DNA of 63,819 nt from Candidatus Omnitrophota bacterium (GCA_041653955.1 JBAZEH010000006.1:764-64582); one strand, 5' to 3'; counted from the stretch's first letter, positions 23,992 to 33,103 are shown. Numbers and translations: made by a program. The notes: generated from the sequence alone by a model not told the origin.

Positions 23992-24668
23992 AATGCCGAA
24001 ATAAAATAATCCTCGCCCTGGACGTAGATAACCGTAAAGAGGCGATGCGTTGGGTGAACCTGCTTTATCCTAAGGTCTCTGTTTTTAAGGTTGGCCTGAA
24101 ACTATATACTGCCTGTGGGCCAGAGATCATAACGGCTATCCGCAAGAAGGGCGCGCAGGTATTCCTGGACCTGAAATTCAATGATATACCGAACACGATG
24201 GCAGGCGCGGTCAAGGAGGCCTTAAAATACAGGGTTGGCATGCTCACAGTTCATGCCCTGGCAGGCCCGGAGGCGCTTAAGGCGGTAGCTGCTGTTGCCC
24301 GCGGCAGCAGGACAAAGATATTGGGCGTAACTCTACTTACCAGCATATGCGGACATTTTTTAAAGGGCCTGGGGATCATGAGGAGCGTATCGGATGAGGT
24401 CTTGTATCTGGCGAAAATGGCGAAAAGGTGCGGGCTAGACGGCATAGTATCATCTGCGCAGGAAGCGAAGATGGTCAGAAGTTCTTTAGGGAAGAATTTT
24501 ATTATAGTTACTCCCGGGATAAGGCCCGGTAAATTTTCCAGCGGCGACCAGAAGAGGGTTACGACCCCGCAAGAAGCAATTAAAGCCGGGGCTGATTTTT
24601 TAGTAATAGGTAGGCCTGTTTTAGAGGCCAGGGATCCAGTTGCTGTACTGAAAGAATTATCCGGTTGA
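23988..24668 (+). CDS. pyrF: Orotidine 5'-phosphate decarboxylase
   Basis: ILALDV, DLKFNDIPNT and FLVIGRP motifs. ATGA overlap with pyrD. Confidence 0.93.
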   Translation: MKCRNKIILALDVDNRKEAMRWVNLLYPKVSVFKVGLKLYTACGPEIITAIRKKGAQVFLDLKFNDIPNTMAGAVKEALKYRVGMLTVHALAGPEALKAVAAVARGSRTKILGVTLLTSICGHFLKGLGIMRSVSDEVLYLAKMAKRCGLDGIVSSAQEAKMVRSSLGKNFIIVTPGIRPGKFSSGDQKRVTTPQEAIKAGADFLVIGRPVLEARDPVAVLKELSG

Positions 24669-24700
24669 ATTCCAATCAACATATTAAGCGGGAGATAGAG

Positions 24701-25291
24701 ATGGGAGAAGAGATAAAGGCATTGATAGCTAAGATACAGCAGGAGGGCATCCAGGCTGCTGAAAAGAAAGCCAAAGATATAGAAGAGCAGGCACAAGCCC
24801 GGGCCGTGAAGATAATAGATAAGGCGAAGAAAGACGCGGAAAAGATCATAATACAGGCAAAAGAGCAGATATCCAGAATGGAAGATGCCGCGTCAGCCTC
24901 CTTGAAACAGGCAGGGCGCGATATGATCATTACCCTTAAGGGAGAGATTTCCGCTATGCTGGGTAAATTTATTATTTCTGATGTGCGGGAGGCGCTCGGG
25001 CCCCAGGAGCTGGCGAAGATCATAGGGGAGCTCGTCAAAAAGCACGGGGATAAAGATATCGTGATCTCTCTCGGCAAGGAAGATAAAGAGGCATTAGAGA
25101 AGGGGTTCTTTAGCAAGTTAAAGGAAGCGGCCAAGGGGAGGATAGAGCTTAAATCCTCGGAAGATATCAGCGGAGGTTTTATCATCAGCTATGATTCGGG
25201 TAAATCCCATTATGATTTCACCGACAAGGCCCTGGCAGAATATATCGGTTCCTCTTTAAACCCCAGATTAAAAGAGATATTAGAGGCATAA
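24701..25291 (+). CDS. ntpE: V-type ATPase subunit E
   Basis: Long N-terminal charged helix (EGIQAAEKKAKDIEEQAQ...) plus a globular C-terminus, as first gene of the V-ATPase operon. Start set at ATG 24701. Confidence 0.75.
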   Translation: MGEEIKALIAKIQQEGIQAAEKKAKDIEEQAQARAVKIIDKAKKDAEKIIIQAKEQISRMEDAASASLKQAGRDMIITLKGEISAMLGKFIISDVREALGPQELAKIIGELVKKHGDKDIVISLGKEDKEALEKGFFSKLKEAAKGRIELKSSEDISGGFIISYDSGKSHYDFTDKALAEYIGSSLNPRLKEILEA

Positions 25292-25296
25292 CAGGG

Positions 25297-25824
25297 ATGG
25301 CGTCGTACTATACATATCTGATCTCCAGCCTTCCGGTATTATCTTTCGGAGAGAAACCCCCTTTTTCAAAAGAGGAGTTTCTCAGGCGCTGCGAGGGGGC
25401 AATTTGCGGCAAAGAAATCAGGCTTCTTGCTTCCGTCATGAACGGTGAGCAGGCAGCAAAGTCAAACAGTATTGTTTTAAAAGGGGCCTATCATTTTGAT
25501 AGCGCGTTAAGAAATGAACTGGTCAGGTTAAGGGCGGTGCGCAAAAAGATAGACCCGCACAGATACCTGCGCGGAGAAGATACCCACGACGCGCATATTG
25601 CCGGTATTGCCACCTCCGCTATCAGGAACCCTTCCATCCTTGAAGCAGAGAAGGCGCTGGATCTGGCAAGGTGGCAGTCTATAGATGATCTTGCCAGGAG
25701 GCGCTATTTTGATTTAGAGGTATTATTAGCCTACGCGTTGAAACTATCTATAATGCTGCGCTGGGACAAAATATTATCCGCGGACAAGGGCGCAGCCCTT
25801 GCCAGGGCGGTTTCGGACAATTGA
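25297..25824 (+). CDS. DUF2764-like V-ATPase operon protein
   Basis: Lies between the E and A subunits, as in Bacteroidetes-type V-ATPase operons. N-terminal YYTYLISSLP. Assignment is from position and memory only. Confidence 0.5.
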   Translation: MASYYTYLISSLPVLSFGEKPPFSKEEFLRRCEGAICGKEIRLLASVMNGEQAAKSNSIVLKGAYHFDSALRNELVRLRAVRKKIDPHRYLRGEDTHDAHIAGIATSAIRNPSILEAEKALDLARWQSIDDLARRRYFDLEVLLAYALKLSIMLRWDKILSADKGAALARAVSDN

Positions 25825-25825
25825 T

Positions 25826-27565
25826 ATGAGAAAAGGATATATCACCAGGATAAACGGGAATATGGTTTCTGCTGCGTTTGATTCCTTTGTCACGCAGAAT
25901 GAAGTGGCTTATATCATTCACGGGACAGAGCGCCTTAAATCCGAAGTAATACGTATAAGAGGCAAGAACGCGGAGATGCAGGTGTATGAGAGCACTACCG
26001 GACTTAAAGTGGGAGATCAGGTAGAGTTTAGCAATGAACTTTTGTCTGTGGAGCTAGGGCCGGGTTTATTAGGGCAGATATTCGACGGCCTGCAGAATCC
26101 TCTTCCCGACCTTGCCGAGAAGTGCGGGTTTTTCTTGAAACGCGGGGTATACCTTGAGGCGCTTAAGGATGAAACAGAGTGGCAGTTTACCCCTGAAAAG
26201 AAGGCCGGGGATAATGTGCGGGCAGGAGAAAAGCTCGGTTTTGTCCCGGAGAAGATATTCAAACATTACATTATGGTGCCTTTTGCGCTTCGCGGCCGCC
26301 TTGAGATCCTGGAGATAGCTAAAGAAGGTAAATATAACCTGAAACAGGTTATCGCCAGGTTAAAGGATGAACAGGGCAAAGAGCATGAGGTTTTTTTGCA
26401 GCAGTTATGGCCGGTAAAGATACCTATCCAGGCGTATGCAGAAAAATTGAAGCCATCGCAGCCGCTTATCACCAAGATGCGGCTCATAGATTCATTTTTT
26501 CCGGTTGCCCTCGGAGGCACATATTGCATCCCGGGTCCGTTCGGAGCGGGGAAAACGGTTTTGCAGCAGCTTACCAGCCGTCACGCCGAAGTGGATATCG
26601 TTATTATCGCTGCCTGCGGTGAGCGCGCAGGAGAGGTGGTTGAAACGCTTAAGACCTTCCCAGATATAATAGACCCGAGAGTTGGCCGGCCATTAATGGA
26701 GCGCACAGTCATAATTTGTAATACGAGTTCTATGCCTGTGGCAGCGCGAGAATCCAGCGTTTATACCGCGGTGACTATCGCGGAGTATTACCGCCAGATG
26801 GGCCTGAATATCCTTCTTCTTGCCGATTCTACTTCGCGTTGGGCGCAGGCAATGAGGGAGATGTCCGGGAGGCTTGAAGAGATACCCGGAGAAGAAGCAT
26901 TTCCCGCGTACCTTGAATCGCGTATCGCATCTTTTTATGAGCGCGCCGGGTTAGTCAGGCTGCATGACGGCTCAACAGGTTCAGTCACTATCGGCGGGAC
27001 GATCAGCCCCGCGGGAGGTAACTTTGAGGAGCCGGTAACGCAAGCCACGCTAAAGGTAGTAGGGACTTTTCACGGTTTATCGCGGGAGCGTTCGGATGCC
27101 CGCAGGTATCCGGCAATAGATCCTCTGATAAGCTGGAGTAAATATAGAAGCTTTATAGACGCCGAGCACGTCAAAAGGGGCCATGGCGCCTTACGCAGGA
27201 GTAATGATGTGGCCCAGATGATGAAGGTTATCGGTGAAGAGGGGGTTTCGGTTGCCGACTACGTAGATTATCTTAAGGGAGAATTCCTGGACTTTGTTTA
27301 TTTACAGCAGAATGCCTTTGACCCGGTTGATGAAGCAACTGCCTCCGATCGCCAGGGTTACGTGTACGGGTTCATATATAATATCTTAGAGTCCGAGTTT
27401 ACTTTTGAAGATAAGGAGAAGGCGTTACGCTTCTTTCAGGAGTTGAGGCAGCTGTTCAGGGGATGGAACTCCATGGCCTATAAGAGCGCGGAGTTTGCCG
27501 GTGTTGAAAAAGAGATAACGGAATTGACAGAGAGGCACCTTTCTCGCACGAAAAAAGATGTATAA
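25826..27565 (+). CDS. ntpA: V-type ATPase catalytic subunit A
   Basis: Walker [10 protein letters not shown], the non-homologous insert region, and [10 protein letters not shown]. Confidence 0.95.
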   Translation: MRKGYITRINGNMVSAAFDSFVTQNEVAYIIHGTERLKSEVIRIRGKNAEMQVYESTTGLKVGDQVEFSNELLSVELGPGLLGQIFDGLQNPLPDLAEKCGFFLKRGVYLEALKDETEWQFTPEKKAGDNVRAGEKLGFVPEKIFKHYIMVPFALRGRLEILEIAKEGKYNLKQVIARLKDEQGKEHEVFLQQLWPVKIPIQAYAEKLKPSQPLITKMRLIDSFFPVALGGTYCIPGPFGAGKTVLQQLTSRHAEVDIVIIAACGERAGEVVETLKTFPDIIDPRVGRPLMERTVIICNTSSMPVAARESSVYTAVTIAEYYRQMGLNILLLADSTSRWAQAMREMSGRLEEIPGEEAFPAYLESRIASFYERAGLVRLHDGSTGSVTIGGTISPAGGNFEEPVTQATLKVVGTFHGLSRERSDARRYPAIDPLISWSKYRSFIDAEHVKRGHGALRRSNDVAQMMKVIGEEGVSVADYVDYLKGEFLDFVYLQQNAFDPVDEATASDRQGYVYGFIYNILESEFTFEDKEKALRFFQELRQLFRGWNSMAYKSAEFAGVEKEITELTERHLSRTKKDV

Positions 27566-28853
27566 AGTATATACCGATATTATACAAATCGCAGGGGATG
27601 TTATTACCGTTGAGGCGGAAGGGATAGGTTATTCTGATATCGCCGAGGTTTCTACGCGCCGCGGGGTATCGCTTGCCCAGGTAATCCGCATGGACGCGGG
27701 TAAGGTCTCTCTGCAGATATTCGCGGGCAGCCGCGGGGTATCAACCGGGGATAAGGTGAGGTTTTTAGGCCACCCCATGCGCGTTTCAACAGGAGATAAT
27801 CTTCTTGGGCGCATATTCAACGGCAGCGGAACGCCCCTGGATAACGGGCCCGCGCTCTCCGAGAATATCTCCGATATCGGAGGCCCGCCGGTCAATCCGG
27901 TTAAAAGGGTTATTCCGAATAAGATGATCCATACCGGCATTCCAATGATAGATGTTTTCAATTCTCTCGTTGAATCACAGAAGTTGCCTGTATTTTCCAT
28001 AGCCGGCGAGCCGTACAATGGCCTTTTAGCAAGGATCGCGGTACAGGCAAAGGTTGATATTATTATCCTGGGAGGGATGGGCCTGAAATACGACGACTAT
28101 CTTTTCTTCCGTGACACTCTCCAGAAGCAGGGGGCGCTTTCCCGCTGCGTATTCTTTATACATACAGCATCCGATCCTACGGTTGAGTGCTTGCTCGTGC
28201 CTGATATAAGCCTCGCGGTTGCCGAACAGTTCGCACTCTCCGGAAAAAGAGTGTTGGTATTACTTACCGATATGACTAATTTCTGCGACGCATTAAAAGA
28301 GGTATCTATAACTATGGAGCAGGTCCCATCAAACCGCGGCTACCCCGGAGACCTTTACAGCCAGCTGGCAGCGCGCTACGAAAAGGCAGTGGATTTGGAC
28401 GGCGCAGGCTCAATCACTATCCTTGCGGCGACTACTATGCCCGGGGATGACGTGACCCATCCTATCCCGGACAATACCGGTTATATTACCGAAGGGCAAT
28501 TCTACCTGAAGAACGGGGTTGTTGAGCCTTTCGGTTCATTAAGCCGCCTTAAACAGCAGGTCAACGGCAAGACCCGTTCTGACCATAGAGCTATAATGGA
28601 TACGATGATTCAACTGTTCGCCGGGTACAGGGAGACCCTGGAGAAGCGGGCGATGGGATTCCAGATGAGCGCCTGGGATAATAAGCTGTTGCGTTACGGC
28701 AGGTTATTTGAGGATGAGCTCATGTCCCTTGAGGTGAATATCCCCCTGGAGAAGGCCCTGGATCTTTGCTGGAAGATACTCGCGGAATGTTTCACTCCCG
28801 AAGAAACAGCTATTAAGAAGTCCGTAGTAGAGGAGTATTGGCCGAAGAAATAA
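27558..28853 (+). CDS. ntpB: V-type ATPase subunit B
   Basis: A/B-family fold without a canonical P-loop. [14 protein letters not shown] and [11 protein letters not shown] motifs. Confidence 0.95.
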   Translation: MYKVYTDIIQIAGDVITVEAEGIGYSDIAEVSTRRGVSLAQVIRMDAGKVSLQIFAGSRGVSTGDKVRFLGHPMRVSTGDNLLGRIFNGSGTPLDNGPALSENISDIGGPPVNPVKRVIPNKMIHTGIPMIDVFNSLVESQKLPVFSIAGEPYNGLLARIAVQAKVDIIILGGMGLKYDDYLFFRDTLQKQGALSRCVFFIHTASDPTVECLLVPDISLAVAEQFALSGKRVLVLLTDMTNFCDALKEVSITMEQVPSNRGYPGDLYSQLAARYEKAVDLDGAGSITILAATTMPGDDVTHPIPDNTGYITEGQFYLKNGVVEPFGSLSRLKQQVNGKTRSDHRAIMDTMIQLFAGYRETLEKRAMGFQMSAWDNKLLRYGRLFEDELMSLEVNIPLEKALDLCWKILAECFTPEETAIKKSVVEEYWPKK

Positions 28854-28855
28854 TT

Positions 28856-29473
28856 ATGGTAAAGATCAAATTTACTAAGGGCGAACTCAAAAGACAGAGG
28901 GGTGCGTTAAAGCAGTACGAGAGGTACCTCCCGACGTTGCAATTGAAAAAACAGCAATTGCAGATGGAGATCCTCACGCAGCATAATATAGAGGGTGATA
29001 GAAAACGCGCCCTGGAGGCCAAGATGCGCTCCGCCGAAGCGTGGGCAGGGCTGTTATGCGACCCTGGAGTAGATACGAGCGGACTGGCCAGGATAAAGGA
29101 AGTTTTGCGGGCTACAAAGAATATTTCAGGGGTGGATATCCCTGTTTTTGAAAGGTTGGAATTTGAAAGTTTTGAATATGACTTTTTCTTTTCTCCTTTA
29201 TGGGTTGATACGGCAATGGAAACCATAAGGCAGATGGTCTCACTGAAAGAGGAGATTAAGACGATCGAGGAAGGGATAGTTGTTTTAAGGCATGAACTTA
29301 TGATCACCACGCAGCGCGTTAACCTCTTTGAGAAGGTCAAGATACCGGAAGCCCGGGATATTATACGCAAGATAAAGATCTATATAGGAGACCAGATGGC
29401 TAATGCCGTCGGACGCAGCAAGGTGGCTAAGAGGAAGATACAAGAGTATATATTGGAAGGGGTGGCTGCATGA
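28856..29473 (+). CDS. ntpD: V-type ATPase subunit D
   Basis: PT..EL..LK-like N-terminus (KFTKGELKRQRGALKQYERYLPTLQLK), coiled-coil central stalk, operon position. Confidence 0.85.
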   Translation: MVKIKFTKGELKRQRGALKQYERYLPTLQLKKQQLQMEILTQHNIEGDRKRALEAKMRSAEAWAGLLCDPGVDTSGLARIKEVLRATKNISGVDIPVFERLEFESFEYDFFFSPLWVDTAMETIRQMVSLKEEIKTIEEGIVVLRHELMITTQRVNLFEKVKIPEARDIIRKIKIYIGDQMANAVGRSKVAKRKIQEYILEGVAA

Positions 29474-31236
29474 TCGTGCCGATGAAAAAGGCCCATATTA
29501 TCGTGCAGGCCAAAGATGATAATGGCGCGTTGGAGAAGCTGCGGGATATCGGCTTACTGCATATTGAACACCAGCAGGCCCCGGCAGGAAAAGATATCTC
29601 TGCGATCAATGATGACCTGGATCTGTTGGAATCCGCCATAAATATATTATCAGACAGGGAGTTTCAGAATGGCGCGCCTGTGCCGCGGGAAGAAAAGACG
29701 GCTGGCTGGAGGGATATATCCAGGCATATCATAGATTCTGCAAAGAGGCTGGACCATTTAAGGGAGTACTCAGCCAAACTGGAGCAGGATATCTTCCGTT
29801 GGCAGGCCTGGGGGGAGTTTGATCCGCAGGAACTCCATGAGTTAGAGCAGAAGGGTATATATGTCAGGTTATACCAGGTCCCTCAAAAGGAGTTGGGTAA
29901 TTTTCCTGCTGATAGCGCGGTCAAGAAGATATTTACCGCAAAAGGGATGGTAAATTGTGTAGTTGTCTTTAAGCAAAAACCACAGGTCCCCTTTCGCGAG
30001 ATACCCCTGCCTAAGATGGGGCTTTCTAAGATGCGCGCCCGTTTATCCGAAGACAGGCAGGTAGCGGAATTTATTAAGGAAGATATAAAAAAACACACTG
30101 CTTATTTTAAAGGACTTTTAAAGGCTAAATCAGGGCTTGAGAAGGAATTGGAGTTTTTCAGGGCTTTGCGCGGGATGGGGGAAGCAGCGTCCCTTAAATA
30201 TATCTGCGGTTATATACCCTTTGATGCGGCCGATACGCTGCACAAAGAAGCTGCTATGCACGGGTGGGGGGTTGTTATTAATGAACCGTCCGAGGATGAC
30301 CTGGTCCCTACTCTCCTGCGTAATCCGCGATGGGTATCAATTATCAACCCGATCTTTAAGCTGATAGAGGTAGTCCCCGGTTACCACGAGCTTGATATCA
30401 GCCTCTGGTTTCTTATATTTTTCTCCATATTCTTCGGTATGCTTATAGGAGATGCCGGATACGGGGCGATATTGTTCGTCATTACCTTTTTGATCCAGAG
30501 AAAACTGGGCAGGAGGCTACCGAATGCTTCAGCGTTTATACTCTTTTATATTTTAAGTTCATGCGCGATCATCTGGGGCCTGTTAAGCGCGACATTCTTC
30601 GGGCAGGAGTGGCTCCCAAGTTTTGTAAAACCCATACTTCCCGCGCTTCGCGATGATGTGAGAGTGCAATCTTTTTGTTTCTTGCTGGGAGCGCTACAGT
30701 TAAGTATCGCCCATTTATGGAGGTTCATATTAAAACTACCGTCTCTGGCCGCGTGGGCTGATATGGGATGGCTTCTGATCATCTGGGCAGCTTTCTTATT
30801 AGCTAAGCATTTGGTATTGGGTTTTGGCTTTCCGGTTTTTGGTAAATGGCTGATCATGACAGGGGCGCTTCTGGTCCTATTCTTCTCTCATCCCAACAAG
30901 AACCCCCTTAAAGGGGTGGGCCAGGGCTTGGGGACCCTGCTTTTGAACCTGATGAATAATTTCACGGACCTCGTATCTTATATCCGTCTCTTTGCCGTCG
31001 GGTTGGCTACGGTAGCAGTAGCCGATGCCTTCAACAAGATGGCCTTAAGCATCGGCTTTAATAACATTTTTTCCGGTATCGCCACGGCCCTGATCCTTCT
31101 TTTGGGGCATACTTTAAATGTGTTGCTGGGCCCGATGTCTGTCCTTGTGCACGGGGTAAGATTAAATGTGCTTGAATTTTGTAACCATCTTGATATAAAA
31201 TGGAGTGGTTTCAGTTACAGGCCGTTAAAGAATTAA
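29470..31236 (+). CDS. ntpI: V-type ATPase subunit I (a)
   Basis: 588 aa with a cytoplasmic N-half and a polytopic C-half carrying the conserved Arg region SYIRLFAVGLA. Confidence 0.85.
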   Translation: MIVPMKKAHIIVQAKDDNGALEKLRDIGLLHIEHQQAPAGKDISAINDDLDLLESAINILSDREFQNGAPVPREEKTAGWRDISRHIIDSAKRLDHLREYSAKLEQDIFRWQAWGEFDPQELHELEQKGIYVRLYQVPQKELGNFPADSAVKKIFTAKGMVNCVVVFKQKPQVPFREIPLPKMGLSKMRARLSEDRQVAEFIKEDIKKHTAYFKGLLKAKSGLEKELEFFRALRGMGEAASLKYICGYIPFDAADTLHKEAAMHGWGVVINEPSEDDLVPTLLRNPRWVSIINPIFKLIEVVPGYHELDISLWFLIFFSIFFGMLIGDAGYGAILFVITFLIQRKLGRRLPNASAFILFYILSSCAIIWGLLSATFFGQEWLPSFVKPILPALRDDVRVQSFCFLLGALQLSIAHLWRFILKLPSLAAWADMGWLLIIWAAFLLAKHLVLGFGFPVFGKWLIMTGALLVLFFSHPNKNPLKGVGQGLGTLLLNLMNNFTDLVSYIRLFAVGLATVAVADAFNKMALSIGFNNIFSGIATALILLLGHTLNVLLGPMSVLVHGVRLNVLEFCNHLDIKWSGFSYRPLKN

Positions 31237-31264
31237 TAAAGATTTATCTTAAAAGGAGAAAAGA

Positions 31265-31714
31265 ATGGAGCAGACCTTATTAGTGCAATTCAAGGACCTG
31301 GGGGTAGGAGCTGTGTTGGCCCTGTCAGCCGTTGGTTCAGGGCTGGGAGCGGGCGTAGCCGCGATGGCAGCCGTAGGCGCATGGAAGAAGGCGTTCAGTC
31401 AGAATAAGACAGCCAGTTTTATGCTGGTCGCTTTTGTGGGCGCGCCGCTTACGCAGACTATTTACGGAATGATCCTGATGAATAAGCTTGCGGAGCTTTC
31501 CGCCAAGGGGGTCTATCTATGGAGCCTGGGCATACTGTGCGGTATCGCCATGGGTATCTCCGCGCTGATGCAGGGAAAGGCAGCAGCAGTCGCCTGTGAT
31601 GCCATGGGTGAGACAGGCAAGGGTTTCGGTAACTATATAGTAGTGCTCGGTATTATAGAGACGGTCGCGCTTTTTGTAATGGCTTTCGCCTTGGGATTTT
31701 TAGGCAGGCTTTGA
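31265..31714 (+). CDS. ntpK: V-type ATPase proteolipid subunit K (c)
   Basis: 149 aa with 4 TM segments. PLTQTIYG, MQGKAAA and IIETVAL match my recollection of the Na+-site positions of Enterococcus NtpK. Confidence 0.85.
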   Translation: MEQTLLVQFKDLGVGAVLALSAVGSGLGAGVAAMAAVGAWKKAFSQNKTASFMLVAFVGAPLTQTIYGMILMNKLAELSAKGVYLWSLGILCGIAMGISALMQGKAAAVACDAMGETGKGFGNYIVVLGIIETVALFVMAFALGFLGRL

Positions 31715-31726
31715 TAATAAATACGC

Positions 31727-31803
31727 GGGCGCTTAGCTCAGTTGGTTAGAGCGAGTGACTTACATTCACTAGGTCAGGGGTTCAAGTCCTCTAGCGCCCA
31801 CCA
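31727..31803 (+). tRNA. tRNA-Val (anticodon UAC), CCA encoded
   Basis: Acceptor GGGCGCT/AGCGCCC, anticodon loop CTTACAT, T arm AGGGG-TTCAAGT-CCTCT, 3' ACCA. Confidence 0.9.
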
Positions 31804-31832
31804 CTAAATTCCATTAATGGAATTTAGTGGTG
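31799..31832. repeat. Perfect 34-nt palindrome overlapping the tRNA-Val 3' end
   Basis: CACCACTAAATTCCATT|AATGGAATTTAGTGGTG, with 17 nt arms and no mismatch. The first 5 nt are the tRNA discriminator base plus CCA region. Confidence 0.85.
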
Positions 31833-31860
31833 ATGCCGGATTAATGTAATCCGGCCACCA
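31828..31860 (+). other. Stem-loop ending in CCACCA (minihelix-like)
   Basis: GCCGGATTA-ATG-TAATCCGGC (31835-31855), extended by TGGTG/CACCA. Its 5' flank overlaps the 3' arm of the preceding palindrome. Confidence 0.6.
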
Positions 31861-31868
31861 ATAAATCT

Positions 31869-31889
31869 ATTGCCAAGAAGGCAATTTTA
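31869..31889 (+). terminator. Weak terminator-like hairpin
   Basis: ATTGCC-AAGAA-GGCAAT followed by TTTT. Short stem. Confidence 0.3.
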
Positions 31890-31915
31890 GGTTAGAATTG
31901 ACACTTCCGGCTTTT

Positions 31916-31991
31916 GGGGTCGTGGTGTAGCCCGGTCTAACACGTCGCCCTGTCACGGCGAAGATCGCGAGTTCAAATCTCGTCGGCCCCG
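31916..31991 (+). tRNA. tRNA-Asp (anticodon GUC)
   Basis: Acceptor GGGGTCG/CGGCCCC (one G-U pair), anticodon loop CTGTCAC, T arm GCGAG-TTCAAAT-CTCGT. Confidence 0.9.
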
Positions 31992-32123
31992 TATTAAATC
32001 ATTTTAGTATTAATGCAGCCAAATACCGCGAAGGTAATTTTAAGGTTAACAGCCGCGGCCCTCAGGCACGCCCTCTTTGTAACTCAATACCCTGAATATA
32101 AGAAAGACTTGATAAAATAAAAC

Positions 32124-32152
32124 TTGACATAAGGGGGTCTTGCTTGTATACT
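32124..32152 (+). promoter_or_regulatory. Sigma70-like promoter TTGACA-N17-TATACT upstream of the fur-family gene
   Basis: Consensus -35 at 32124-32129 and -10 at 32147-32152. Confidence 0.55.
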
Positions 32153-32154
32153 AT

Positions 32155-32175
32155 TAATGGAAATCATTTTCATTA
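32155..32175. promoter_or_regulatory. Fur-box-like 21-nt palindromic operator (copy 1)
   Basis: TAATGGAAATCATTTTCATTA. The arms match 8 of 10 as an inverted repeat around a central C. AT-rich and Fur-box-like. Begins 3 nt after the -10 element. Confidence 0.55.
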
Positions 32176-32192
32176 ACATATAGGAGAGCAAT

Positions 32193-32663
32193 ATGCGTAA
32201 TAGAGGGGCTTTTGGCCCTCCATGGTGGCACGGTAAGTTCAGGGGATGCGGATACCGGTTGACATCCGGCCGCGAGGCGATCCTTGAACTGTTGTTAAGG
32301 TCTGAAGGCCACCTGAGCGCGGAGGATATTTACGTGAAGATACGCCCCAGATACCCCAACTTGGGCCTTACGACTATTTACCGGACCCTGGATCTTTTGG
32401 CCCATATAGGCATAGTATCCAAGCTTGACTTTGGCGACGGGAGAGCACGGTATGAATTGGCAGAAGGGCCTAAAGGAGCACGCCACCACCATCATCTGGT
32501 ATGCACATCTTGCAACAAGGTGATTGATTACGCCGATTTTATAGACGAAGAGGTAGAATTGTTAAATCAAACCGAAAGGGGCCTGGAGAAAAGATATAAT
32601 TTTAAAATAACTAACCATATTATCCAATTTTACGGTTTATGCCAAAGGTGCAGCAGGAAATAA
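32193..32663 (+). CDS. Fur-family metalloregulator (Fur/Zur/PerR type not resolvable)
   Basis: Winged-helix region (TTIYRTLDLL), HHHHLVC, and CxxC pairs (CTSC, CQRC). Confidence 0.85.
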   Translation: MRNRGAFGPPWWHGKFRGCGYRLTSGREAILELLLRSEGHLSAEDIYVKIRPRYPNLGLTTIYRTLDLLAHIGIVSKLDFGDGRARYELAEGPKGARHHHHLVCTSCNKVIDYADFIDEEVELLNQTERGLEKRYNFKITNHIIQFYGLCQRCSRK

Positions 32664-32686
32664 GCGGCGTATATTTTTTTCTTTAA

Positions 32687-32707
32687 TAATGGAAATGATT
32701 TTCAAAA
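32687..32707. promoter_or_regulatory. Fur-box-like operator (copy 2)
   Basis: TAATGGAAATGATTTTCAAAA, identical to copy 1 at 18 of 21 positions. Lies 20 nt upstream of the first DUF5320 gene. Confidence 0.5.
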
Positions 32708-32727
32708 TATGAAAGGGGGTGTTTGAT

Positions 32728-33096
32728 ATGCCAGGAGGAGATGGAACAGGTCCGATGGGATTAGGTCCTATGACCGGGAGAGCGGCTGGTTATTGCTCCG
32801 GATATTCCGTGCCCGGCTATATAAATCCGATCCCCGGCAGGGGAAGAGGATTTTATGGCCGCGGAGCAGGAAGGGGCCGGCGTAATTGGTATTACGCTAC
32901 CGGGCTTGCGGGTTGGCAAAGGGCTTCAATGGGGATCCCTGCTTTTGGCGGGGCGTATCCTTACGCGCCTGAAATGGATCCGCAACGGGAGGCAGATATC
33001 TTAAAAAGCGAAGCTGACCTTTTAAAAAAGCAGCTGGAAGATATTCAAGCCCGCATTGAGAATTTGGAAAAATCCCAGACAGAGAAGAGTGATTAA
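32728..33096 (+). CDS. DUF5320-like protein (Gly/Arg-rich N-half, coiled-coil C-half)
   Basis: MPGGDGTGPMGLGPMTGR N-terminus, RG-rich segment, C-terminal heptad region EADLLKKQLEDIQARIENLEK. Size fits DUF5320. Confidence 0.65.
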   Translation: MPGGDGTGPMGLGPMTGRAAGYCSGYSVPGYINPIPGRGRGFYGRGAGRGRRNWYYATGLAGWQRASMGIPAFGGAYPYAPEMDPQREADILKSEADLLKKQLEDIQARIENLEKSQTEKSD

Positions 33097-33103
33097 TTGC
33101 TGT

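Noticed and set aside
31727-31991. tRNA-linked integrative element or attachment site
   Set aside because: No integrase, excisionase or phage-like genes lie on either side. The only repeated tRNA-end sequence is the 6-nt CCACCA, which is too short to call an att duplication.
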